Shown: one piece after another, positions 40,050 through 48,149 of the stretch
Layout of the letters: every line of letters starts with the position of its first letter
Numbering within the stretch: the first letter of the stretch is position 1
NCBI RefSeq assembly: GCF_041305605.1
Contig: NZ_JBFYLB010000170.1
Location: 3,542 to 67,541, forward strand
Direction: 5' to 3'
Source of the DNA: Methanomethylovorans sp.
Lineage (GTDB): Archaea > Halobacteriota > Methanosarcinia > Methanosarcinales > Methanosarcinaceae
Length of the DNA: 64,000 nucleotides
Program-made: the position numbers and the translations under genes
The notes under the pieces: model-generated
The model's input: only the letters and a program-made list of their open reading frames with translations
Databases searched by the model: none
What the model was told of the DNA's origin: nothing

Positions 40050-40805
40050 ATGGAAGCTGAAAGAACGGAAAGGGTTACAATGCCACTTATAGGCGATATG
40101 GCGCCTGGCTTCCAGGCAAGGACGACAAAAGGAAGGATCAACTTCCCTGAAGACTACAAAGGAAAGTGGGTCATACTGTTCAGTCATCCGGCAGACTTTA
40201 CCCCTGTATGCACTACCGAATTCATCAAATGTGCAACAATGCAGGAGGAATTCAGGCAACTCAATACTGAACTGATTGGTCTTTCCGTGGATAGCCTGTA
40301 TTCTCACATATCATGGCTTGCGGCCATCAAAGAAAAAGTAGAGTACAAAGGTTTTAAAGGAATAGATATTGATTTCCCAATAATTGAAGATCTGAATATG
40401 GAGATTGCACGCAAGTATGGCATGATCCACCCCCGTGCATCCTACACACCAGAGGAAGTTCTTGAAAAGTTGGAGACAACGGGTGGTTCTTTTCACTTCA
40501 TGGAATCAAGTACCGAGACCGTAAGGGCAGTATTCATTATCGACCCAAAGGCCAGAATAAGGGCAATGCTATACTACCCGTTCACCAACGGTAGGAACAT
40601 GGAAGAGATCAAGCGCCTGCTTGTGGCAATGCAGGTATCAGACAAGCACAATGTACAGACCCCCGAGAACTGGCATCCCGGTGAAGATGTTATCCTTCCA
40701 AATCCTGTATCATGGGATAAGGCAAAGGAAAGGCTCAAAAAGGGTGAAGATGGCAAAGCTTGCGGAGATTGGTTCCTGTGCCTGAAAGAAGACCCAGAGA
40801 AGTGA
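40050..40805 (+). CDS. Peroxiredoxin (Prx6/1-Cys-like archaeal type) with an internal insertion
   Basis: FSHPADFTPVCTTEF peroxidatic Cys motif. The start may instead be MPLIGD at 40080. There are about 22 extra residues between GMIHP and TVRAVF. Confidence 0.8.
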   Translation: MEAERTERVTMPLIGDMAPGFQARTTKGRINFPEDYKGKWVILFSHPADFTPVCTTEFIKCATMQEEFRQLNTELIGLSVDSLYSHISWLAAIKEKVEYKGFKGIDIDFPIIEDLNMEIARKYGMIHPRASYTPEEVLEKLETTGGSFHFMESSTETVRAVFIIDPKARIRAMLYYPFTNGRNMEEIKRLLVAMQVSDKHNVQTPENWHPGEDVILPNPVSWDKAKERLKKGEDGKACGDWFLCLKEDPEK

Positions 40806-40900
40806 CTTAATTTCCCACCTAATTCGTAACATTTACAAATACATATTAATCTGCCACAGCTTATTTATACAGAATTGCAGTATATTGAGTTTGTGGTACA

Positions 40901-41704
40901 ATGAGAATAAATACAAAATGTATACTCATAGCTGTATTGGTCATATCAATCCTTGTATCAGGATGTGCATCTCAGAAAGGACCTGAACCGGTAAATCCGG
41001 AGAATGTGCTAGTAACAGTGTCACCTGTTGCCATTAAGGAATATCAGGAACAAACAATTGTTATCACCGTTGAAAACAATGACACGCAAGCAATAGATTC
41101 CGTTCAAGTATCAGCTTTTGATCCGCTGTTGATAATGGGTTCAGATACTTTGAACATTCCAGGAAAGATAGACAAAACCAGTAAATCGTCTATTGATGTA
41201 AGAGTTAAAGCACCGGGATTTAAGACCGAGACTACAAATTCTTCTGTTACGGTAAGTTATGCTTCCGGTTCTGATGAGAAAGGAAATCCGGTTATCAGAG
41301 ATAGATCTGCACCTGTCCAGATAACGATACTCCCGGATGCCAAGCTACAATTCCTTGGTTTCGTAAAGAACATGAGTACGTTAAGAGATGCGACTGTGCC
41401 GAAGTGGGAACTGAAGAAAGGTGAAAATGCCACCATTAGTTTCTCTGTTAAGAACAATGGCCAGTCCACCATAAATGCCAACTCCCTCGTAGTCAGATTT
41501 GAAGCTGAAAATGAACTTATGGCTGGCAACACATCCATTTATATAGAACAGGCCATGGCAAAGAATGGTACTTCATACACAAAAGGAGTCTTGCTGCCTG
41601 TTAAAAGCGATTCACCTAATGGAGAAACCGAAGTTAAGGTCAGGCTTTTGATGGACGATTACGTGCTTGATGAACAAACTTTGACACTGGTAGTGAAGCT
41701 ATAA
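40901..41704 (+). CDS. Secreted lipoprotein-like protein with Ig/CARDB-like repeats
   Basis: Signal peptide ending in the lipobox-like LVSGC, then beta-rich repeats of the V.V.N.G....V type. Confidence 0.6.
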   Translation: MRINTKCILIAVLVISILVSGCASQKGPEPVNPENVLVTVSPVAIKEYQEQTIVITVENNDTQAIDSVQVSAFDPLLIMGSDTLNIPGKIDKTSKSSIDVRVKAPGFKTETTNSSVTVSYASGSDEKGNPVIRDRSAPVQITILPDAKLQFLGFVKNMSTLRDATVPKWELKKGENATISFSVKNNGQSTINANSLVVRFEAENELMAGNTSIYIEQAMAKNGTSYTKGVLLPVKSDSPNGETEVKVRLLMDDYVLDEQTLTLVVKL

Positions 41705-41718
41705 GGCTGGGAAAGAAC

Positions 41719-42654
41719 ATGAAATCTTCATTTGCTTTTCTTTTTCTTTTTTCAATCATACTATGCCTTTTTCCCTGTGGTTGCGTTGAAAGGGAAGATG
41801 TGGCTGATCTTTACATTAGCAAAGTTGATGTAATGTCCACCCCCCAAGGCGATGGATTCAAGCTAACAGCTACAGTGTATGTTTACAATCAGCAGAATAT
41901 GGATACTAGAGCCCTTTCAATCAAAGTGAAAGCAAGAGATCCACAAACAAACCTTATAGTTGCAGAACAGGCCAAAGATATTGGATATCTAAAAGCCAAT
42001 TCACAGGTAACTAACACTGTTTCTCTTACAAGTCCAATATCAGGAGCACAGACAATAGAAGTAGAACTTTTTGAAGACAACATTGTTGTTGACGAGTATA
42101 CAACTAATGTGGAAATCAACTCCATGCAGACTGAAACTGTTCCATCCGATGTAATACTTACAGACATGATAATAGAGATGCAACAGGTTACCAACTATGG
42201 AAAAGATGCTGTTGTGGATATATATCCGGGGATATTTAACCCGGCAGGAGATTCTGATGCAATTAAAATAAAAGTCATAGCAGCTGTTGACCCATATACC
42301 GTTGTAACTGGAACTGACAGTATAGGAAACATCAAAGCTGGTGAGAGAATTAGAGGCACCATACGCATGACCCTACCCCTTGATAAAAAATATGATTTCA
42401 ATGTCCAACTTGTAGAAAACGGGGAGATAATTGCAAACACAAAAGCCACAGATTCTGTCATACCTAAAGAGATGAAACTTAAGCAGCCTGTGATGTATAA
42501 CCTTATAGAAGCCGCTGCCCCTATAGAAGAACCTACCGCAGAAGAAACTGCAATAGCAGAAAAACCTGGAATACCAGGATTCAGTGGTCTATGCGCAGCT
42601 ATAGCACTTGCTTTTACTGTAATCTTCATGGGAAAGAAATCGCTTAAAAGATAA
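41719..42654 (+). CDS. Surface protein with N-terminal signal/lipobox-like Cys and a C-terminal PGF-CTERM sorting signal
   Basis: N-terminus FLFLFSIILCLFPCGC. The C-terminus has a Thr/Glu/Pro-rich linker, then PGIPGFSGLCAAIALAFTVIFMGKKSLKR (PGF motif, TM helix, basic tail). Confidence 0.65.
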   Translation: MKSSFAFLFLFSIILCLFPCGCVEREDVADLYISKVDVMSTPQGDGFKLTATVYVYNQQNMDTRALSIKVKARDPQTNLIVAEQAKDIGYLKANSQVTNTVSLTSPISGAQTIEVELFEDNIVVDEYTTNVEINSMQTETVPSDVILTDMIIEMQQVTNYGKDAVVDIYPGIFNPAGDSDAIKIKVIAAVDPYTVVTGTDSIGNIKAGERIRGTIRMTLPLDKKYDFNVQLVENGEIIANTKATDSVIPKEMKLKQPVMYNLIEAAAPIEEPTAEETAIAEKPGIPGFSGLCAAIALAFTVIFMGKKSLKR

Positions 42655-42661
42655 GATGGGA

Positions 42662-42694
42662 AGAGGATGCTTTCCAGGCATTCTCTGCTTTTTT
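42662..42694 (+). terminator. Hairpin plus T6 tract after the PGF-CTERM gene
   Basis: AGAGGATGC-TTTCCAG-GCATTCTCT (9 bp including one G-U), followed by GCTTTTTT. Confidence 0.5.
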
Positions 42695-42787
42695 ACTATT
42701 AACATACTGGCAATGCAACTTTAAGAAGGAAATGCCTATAAGCAATGCATCTGTTTATACCTGCAGATCAAGATAGCAGGTGACTTC

Positions 42788-44224
42788 ATGACAGAAAAGG
42801 AGAAAGAAGCAACCCTTCCTGCGAAGAAGGATTTTAGTGAATGGTATAATGAACTCTTACAGGTAGCTGAAATAATGGATGTGCGGTATCCTGTGAAAGG
42901 TCTGTATGTATGGTACCCATTCGGTTTTACGATCAGAAAAAATGTATACAATATAATAAGGGAACTATTGGACAAGGACCACATGGAAACACTGTTCCCG
43001 CTTCTTATCCCTGAACATGAGTTCATGAAAGAGGCTGAGCACATAAAGGGCTTTGAGGATGAGGTATACTGGGTCACTCATGGCGGTACTTCTCCCCTGG
43101 ATGTGAAACTTGCCCTGCGGCCGACCAGCGAGACTGCTATTTATCCTATGTACAAATTATGGGTGCGTTCTCATGCAGATCTGCCTTTGAAATTGTATCA
43201 GGTAGTTAACACGTTCAGGTATGAGACAAAGCATACCCGGCCACTAATAAGATTAAGAGAGATCACTTCTTTCAAAGAGGCCCACACCGTACATGCAACC
43301 TGGGAAGAAGCTGCAGAACAGGTGGATGAGGCCATAAGGATCTATACAGAGTTCTATCGCAGACTGGCAGTGCCTGTGCTTGCTTCAAAACGTCCTGACT
43401 GGGATAAATTCCCGGGAGCCGATTATACCATAGCTGTTGATGCATTGATGCCTGACGGTAAGACCTTACAGGTAGGTACGGCCCATCATCTTGGTGACAA
43501 CTTTGCCAAGACATTTGAAATAAAGTATGAGAACCCGGCAGGAGAACAGGTGTATGCCAATCAGACATGCTATGGTGTTTCAGAACGCTCAATAGCTGCA
43601 TTGATATCCATACACGGCGATGACAAAGGTCTTGTATTGCCCCCGGAAATCGCCCCTATACAGGTAGTGATCATCCCCATAGTGTTCAAGGATCCATCTG
43701 ATGTGATCCTTACATGCGAAAAGGTACAACAACTTCTGCAAGACGCTGGAATCCGCGTGAAAATAGACGTCAGCGACGATCGCCCCGGAGCCAAATATTA
43801 TAGATGGGAAATGAAAGGTGTTCCCCTGAGACTTGAAATTGGCCCCCGCGATCTCAAAAATGGTGTTGCTGTGCTGGTTCGCAGAGATACTGGCGAAAAA
43901 AGACAGGCACCTATTGAAAACATACTGCCGGAAGTTGAAGAGACACTTAAAATTATTCAGTCCAGCCTCTTTGAGAAAGCAGTCGCAGATGTAAAAGCAC
44001 GCATATTTACTTGCTCTTCTCTTGAAGATGTCAAAGAGAAATTGCCTGAAGGCATCGCACTGATCCCCTGGTGTGGCGAAAAGGCATGTGGTTTGCAGAT
44101 AGAGGAGGAGATAGGTGCAGGCATTCTGGGAATACCCACCGGACAGGAAGAAGACCACAAGGGACAGTGCCCTGTATGCGGTAAGGATGCAAGTGTAAAA
44201 GTTTATGTAGCAAGGAAATATTGA
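42788..44224 (+). CDS. proS: Prolyl-tRNA synthetase (archaeal/eukaryotic type)
   Basis: 478 aa. Class II motifs ([23 protein letters not shown]) and a C-terminal zinc-binding domain (CGEKAC...CPVCG) typical of archaeal ProRS. Confidence 0.9.
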   Translation: MTEKEKEATLPAKKDFSEWYNELLQVAEIMDVRYPVKGLYVWYPFGFTIRKNVYNIIRELLDKDHMETLFPLLIPEHEFMKEAEHIKGFEDEVYWVTHGGTSPLDVKLALRPTSETAIYPMYKLWVRSHADLPLKLYQVVNTFRYETKHTRPLIRLREITSFKEAHTVHATWEEAAEQVDEAIRIYTEFYRRLAVPVLASKRPDWDKFPGADYTIAVDALMPDGKTLQVGTAHHLGDNFAKTFEIKYENPAGEQVYANQTCYGVSERSIAALISIHGDDKGLVLPPEIAPIQVVIIPIVFKDPSDVILTCEKVQQLLQDAGIRVKIDVSDDRPGAKYYRWEMKGVPLRLEIGPRDLKNGVAVLVRRDTGEKRQAPIENILPEVEETLKIIQSSLFEKAVADVKARIFTCSSLEDVKEKLPEGIALIPWCGEKACGLQIEEEIGAGILGIPTGQEEDHKGQCPVCGKDASVKVYVARKY

Positions 44225-44264
44225 TTCCTGCAACTTACTTTTTGCTGAAAAAGAGGGGTGTATC

Positions 44265-45329
44265 ATGGAAGGACCATCACCGGAAAATATGAAGATGCCT
44301 GAAAGACCATTGTTCCTGTGCGTGTTGGCAAATACTGAGACGGCTTACATAGAAGGTCTCTCTGCTGCCGGTAAGACAGCAAAACTGACAGACTACACAC
44401 CACCGGGAGACGCCGAGGTTCTTGAGACTGGCATGGTCGTGGACATTCCCATTCTACCCATGACACCACCTTACGATACACCTACCCCTGCACTTATTAC
44501 CAGGGTGGCTCTTGACCTTACCGGCGTTAAACATATGCTCGTTAATGCAGGACTGAAGATCCTGCCTGCGAAAATAGTACCTCTTATAGATATCAGCGGA
44601 TCGCCGGGAAAAGATATACGTGAGCCGATAGCTGTCCCTGATGCACAGGGCATCTTTGAACGCGGGTTTAAGCTGGGCAGGGAGCTTAAGGATAAATATG
44701 ACTTTGTAATGATAGGTGAAAGCATACCAGCAGGCACCACTACTGCTAATGCGGTGCTGGCAGCCCTTGGTTATAATGGAAATGTAAGCAGTAGTGCTTC
44801 CACCAATCCACTAGAACTTAAAAAACAGGTTGTAAGTGAAGCCTTGGATTCTTCCGGCATCAAACCAGGCGATCTTCGCAACAATCCCATGGAAGCTATC
44901 AGATGCGTGGGTGATCCTATGATGGCAGCAGTGGCAGGGATAGCTGTAGGGCTCGAAGATATACCGGTGATCCTTGCAGGCGGCACTCAGATGGCAACAG
45001 TGTTCGGCGTGATCAAACACCTTGGACATAAGACAGATAACATCACCATTGTGACAACTTGCTATGTGATGAATGACACTTCTGCCCACTTTGCCCAGCT
45101 TGCAGAGGAACTGGGTGCAAAAGCCTATGCCACTGACCCTGGATTCGGGCAATCACGCCTGCAGGGCCTTAGACAATATGAGGCCGGATTCGTAAAAGAA
45201 GGAGTTGGTGCAGGCGGAGCCATATACCTCACACAGATGTTCGGCATCCCCGTAGAAAGACTGAGAACTGAGATAGAAATACTCTGCGAAAAACTCTCAA
45301 AGTATGGAGATATTGACAGAGTGAAGTAA
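44265..45329 (+). CDS. cobT: Archaeal-type nicotinate-nucleotide--dimethylbenzimidazole phosphoribosyltransferase (CobT, UPF0284/TIGR00303-like)
   Basis: LFLCVLANTETAYIEGLSAAG and IGESIPAGTTTA blocks, as remembered for archaeal CobT. Confidence 0.7.
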   Translation: MEGPSPENMKMPERPLFLCVLANTETAYIEGLSAAGKTAKLTDYTPPGDAEVLETGMVVDIPILPMTPPYDTPTPALITRVALDLTGVKHMLVNAGLKILPAKIVPLIDISGSPGKDIREPIAVPDAQGIFERGFKLGRELKDKYDFVMIGESIPAGTTTANAVLAALGYNGNVSSSASTNPLELKKQVVSEALDSSGIKPGDLRNNPMEAIRCVGDPMMAAVAGIAVGLEDIPVILAGGTQMATVFGVIKHLGHKTDNITIVTTCYVMNDTSAHFAQLAEELGAKAYATDPGFGQSRLQGLRQYEAGFVKEGVGAGGAIYLTQMFGIPVERLRTEIEILCEKLSKYGDIDRVK

Positions 45330-45352
45330 GATATAAAACTAAAAAAAGGAAT

Positions 45353-45586
45353 TTATGTGGATCGGGTACATCCACAGTGTTTACAGTAGTAAACTATATT
45401 TGAGCCGATCACCTGCTTTTTCAGAGGTGTTCGGCAAAAACTGCATAATTTGACTTGTGCACTAAGATTATTTTTCAGAGATTCGCCATTCAGATGCTGC
45501 TCTTCAATAGAACAAACATTTTTACTGCTTGCAAGTGACACATTATTCTCTCCATAAATTGAGTAGATAGGGAAGAGAAAGTACAC
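45353..45586 (-). CDS. Possible small zinc-ribbon protein (weak)
   Basis: 77 aa ORF with CSFC-x19-CKHC. The N-terminal part is low-complexity and the 3' end coincides with a DNA hairpin, so coding status is doubtful. Confidence 0.3.
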   Translation of the reverse strand: MYFLFPIYSIYGENNVSLASSKNVCSIEEQHLNGESLKNNLSAQVKLCSFCRTPLKKQVIGSNIVYYCKHCGCTRST

Positions 45587-45878
45587 TTAGGTACACAGTT
45601 CTAAAGCACAGAGATATAGTTGACTTTTTTAAGAACATATGATGTAGATCATACAACTTTCTTATTCTCTCTTCCTAACCCAGATTAAGATGTGAAGTAA
45701 TATTATTTAAAAGTATTCATGAACATAAGTTAACAATTTTCTATACTATTTCATGCGGTAAATAAATAAAGTTGCATCTTAGCAGAAATCATATACAGGG
45801 AAAATAACAGATAGATTCGAGAGCCATTACCGATAGATATATCAGTAATAAGATGTATTCAGGGGGATACACCTATCA

Positions 45879-46066
45879 GGGGTTGTGGCCTAGCCCGGCA
45901 TGGCGACGGGCTCCAGCGGATAGATGATGAACAACGGGTCTACTGAGATATGCCCGACGGGGCTTATCGGTGAGGAGCCGTTGGAGCACTGATATGTGCT
46001 CGGAATGCTGAGAAGCATTTGTTCGGAGAGACCCGTCGATCGTGAGTTCAAATCTCACCAACCCCA
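45879..46066 (+). tRNA. tRNA-Trp (anticodon CCA) with a 114-nt intron at the canonical 37/38 position
   Basis: Hand-folded. Acceptor GGGGTTG/CAACCCC, anticodon stem ACGGG/CCCGT, loop CT-CCA-G[intron]A, T-arm GTGAG-TTCAAAT-CTCAC, discriminator A. A T6 run follows. A bulge-helix-bulge is formed by CTCC (45911-45914) pairing with GGAG (46025-46028), with the 3-nt bulges AG|C and AG|A. Confidence 0.9.
45917..46030 (+). ncRNA. Box C/D guide RNA encoded in the tRNA-Trp intron
   Basis: Box C ATGATGA 45924-45930, 12-nt guide ACAACGGGTCTA, box D' CTGA 45943-45946, box C' TGAGGA 45971-45976, 12-nt guide GCCGTTGGAGCA, box D CTGA 45989-45992. Both guides pair with the host pre-tRNA. Confidence 0.8.
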
Positions 46067-46209
46067 TTTTTTATTATGCTATGTGACTTGAAAGAGACAT
46101 GAGATTTTTGACAAAAAGTAGTTACTATTTTTGAACTTTTAGATGATACGATACTTATTTACTTATTCAAATAGATATGGACTTTATGAGGAAATGAGAT
46201 GTATAAAGG

Positions 46210-46374
46210 ATGGATAATAGCATGTTTAGAAACAGAGTGTACAAAGACATAGATGATATTAAGGTCTTTGAAAAAATGGCTCACAAAAATTATATATGCT
46301 GTGGAGGGAACTTTATACCAGATGATAGCAAATTCAAAACGACCATACATTCTTCCCTGAATAACAGATTGTAG
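46210..46374 (+). CDS. Candidate small protein (54 aa) immediately upstream of the response regulator
   Basis: Own translation: MDNSMFRNRVYKDIDDIKVFEKMAHKNYICCGGNFIPDDSKFKTTIHSSLNNRL, ending in a double stop TAGTAG 12 nt before the next gene. A 55-codon open frame is unusual in such AT-rich sequence. No homology recognised. Confidence 0.3.
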   Translation: MDNSMFRNRVYKDIDDIKVFEKMAHKNYICCGGNFIPDDSKFKTTIHSSLNNRL

Positions 46375-46385
46375 TAGAGGTTAAC

Positions 46386-47396
46386 ATGATAGGATCAAAT
46401 CTTGACAGGGTACTAGTAGTTGATGATGAGCCAGCTATCGTAGATCTTATGGAACTTTATCTCAAGTCAGATTATGAAATAATCAGAGCATATAATGGCA
46501 AGGAGGCACTTGAGAAAGCCAGGTCCGAGAAGCCTTCGGTAATAATCCTTGATGTGATGATGCCTGATATGAACGGATATGAGGTATGTAAGGTCTTGAA
46601 GACGTCTGTAGAGACCCAATTCATTCCTATAATAATGGTAACAGCACTTTCAGGAAAGGATGAAAAGATCAAAGGCCTTGAGTCCGGTGCAGACGAATTC
46701 TTAAGTAAGCCTGTGAATAGGCTTGAACTTGTGACACGTGTAAAATCCCTTACAAGAATAAAACATCTCCAGGACCGGATACTTGCAGAACGTAATTATG
46801 CATACCAGTGTATCGATGTAGCTGGGGTTGTAATGCTCGTAGTGGACCGTGAACAAAAGATCAACCTTATGAACCGTACGGGAAATGAATCCCTTGGTTA
46901 TGATGAGTTTGAACTTATTGGGCAGAATATGTTCGATGTGCTGGTCTTACCTGAGGACAGAGAGAGAGAAAAAGAGATTTTCAACAATATAATAACGAAG
47001 AAAATAGATACTCCATCCTTTATTGAGAGAAAGATCCTAAAGAAGGACGGAGGGACGATAATTGTTAGCTGGAGCGAGTCACCTATTTATGACAGCGATG
47101 GGAATATCGAGGCATTGATATGTTCCGGAAAGGACATCACTGAATTACGGATGAAAGATGAGCTGTTACTAAGTTTAAATGAAATGAGAGAAATGTTCAC
47201 TGGCCTGCTCAACCAGGACTTGCTTGGTCCGGTATCTGCTATACAGGATTATGTACAAGTGCTCCTGGACCAGGAGACAAAAACACAGAATAGAGCATAT
47301 ATCGAGAAAATAATGCAAAATATATCGAATATGGTCGAGACTCTGAAGAATGCCTCAGCTTATTTGGAACGGCAGCCCGGCGAGCAATTGCAATAG
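46386..47396 (+). CDS. Response regulator: receiver (REC) domain, PAS domain and a degenerate DHp-like helix
   Basis: VLVVDDEP..IILDVMMPDMNG..SKP receiver motifs (acceptor Asp56). PAS block NLMNRTGNESLGYDEFELIGQNMFD...SGKDITE. The C-terminal FTGLLNQDLLGPVSAIQDY resembles an H-box with Gln in place of His. Confidence 0.8.
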   Translation: MIGSNLDRVLVVDDEPAIVDLMELYLKSDYEIIRAYNGKEALEKARSEKPSVIILDVMMPDMNGYEVCKVLKTSVETQFIPIIMVTALSGKDEKIKGLESGADEFLSKPVNRLELVTRVKSLTRIKHLQDRILAERNYAYQCIDVAGVVMLVVDREQKINLMNRTGNESLGYDEFELIGQNMFDVLVLPEDREREKEIFNNIITKKIDTPSFIERKILKKDGGTIIVSWSESPIYDSDGNIEALICSGKDITELRMKDELLLSLNEMREMFTGLLNQDLLGPVSAIQDYVQVLLDQETKTQNRAYIEKIMQNISNMVETLKNASAYLERQPGEQLQ

Positions 47397-47442
47397 AAGT
47401 GTTGGAATTACATTAAGTAGAGAGACAGCATTTGGCAAAAAC

Positions 47443-47453
47443 ATTTAAATCAT
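47443..47453 (+). promoter_or_regulatory. Candidate TATA box for the rpl15e-led superoperon
   Basis: CATTTAAATCA lies about 105 nt upstream of the rpl15e TTG start, in an otherwise gene-free spacer. Confidence 0.3.
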
Positions 47454-47558
47454 ATCAAGTGTGTACTAAGTCACGTTTCATTCGGGAGAGATCCCGTGGG
47501 AATGTGGCCCACAATCGGGCTGAACCGTGAAACTGAAAATGAAACAAGGTGAAAACAA

Positions 47559-48149
47559 TTGTCTAAATCATTTTATGGATATATAAGAGATGCCTGGAAG
47601 AACCCTGATGCCACTTATGTCAAGGATCTGAGATGGGAGAGGCTCCAGGAATGGAGAGAACAGGGTTCCATCGTGAAGATAAGAAGGCCTACCCGTATAG
47701 ACCGTGCAAGGTCTCTTGGCTACAAGGCAAAACAAGGAATAATAGTGGTGCGTGCGAAAGTAAGAAGAGGCAGCCGCAGGAATCCAAGATATGTACGCGG
47801 AAGACGCAGCCACAACATGGGTAAGAACAAGACCACTGCAGGCAAAAGCATACAGAGAATGGCTGAAGAGCGTGCAGCGAGAAAATATCCCAACATGGAA
47901 GTTCTTAACTCCTACTGGGTAGGCGAGGACGGTAAAGCCAAGTGGTACGAAGTGATCCTTCTGGACCCGAGCCATCCTGTGATCAAGAGCGATAGCAACC
48001 TTAATTGGATCTGCAACAGCAGCCAGAAGAGGCGTGTATTCCGTGGAAAGACCAGTGCCGGCATGAAGGGCAGAGGTATGGGGAAACGTGGTACGGGAAC
48101 CGAAAAGAACCGGCCCAGTATCAGGTCTAACATGAACAGGGGCAAGTGA
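47559..48149 (+). CDS. rpl15e: 50S ribosomal protein L15e
   Basis: [16 protein letters not shown]... highly basic, 196 aa. TTG start 7 nt after AGGTGA. Confidence 0.9.
   Translation: MSKSFYGYIRDAWKNPDATYVKDLRWERLQEWREQGSIVKIRRPTRIDRARSLGYKAKQGIIVVRAKVRRGSRRNPRYVRGRRSHNMGKNKTTAGKSIQRMAEERAARKYPNMEVLNSYWVGEDGKAKWYEVILLDPSHPVIKSDSNLNWICNSSQKRRVFRGKTSAGMKGRGMGKRGTGTEKNRPSIRSNMNRGK

Noticed and set aside
43589-44266. 225-aa minus-strand ORF. Similar long antisense ORFs occur at 57187-57924 and 37608-38144.
   Set aside because: These are antisense to proS, the paaK-like gene and valS respectively. There are no SD sequences or promoters, and the sequences are implausible as proteins.
45356-45376. 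Hairpin TGTGGAT-CGGGTAC-ATCCACA as a cobT terminator.
   Set aside because: No oligo-T tract follows it on the plus strand. It lies inside the doubtful 77-aa minus-strand ORF. It is kept only as a reason to doubt that ORF.
45876-46067. 63-aa minus-strand ORF.
   Set aside because: It coincides exactly with the intron-containing tRNA-Trp gene on the plus strand, so it is an artefact.
46199-46361. Alternative frame ORF MYKGWIIACLETECTKT-TAG-MILRSLKKWL... with an in-frame amber codon.
   Set aside because: The composition is not protein-like, and it needs read-through. It overlaps the better 54-codon frame at 46210-46374.
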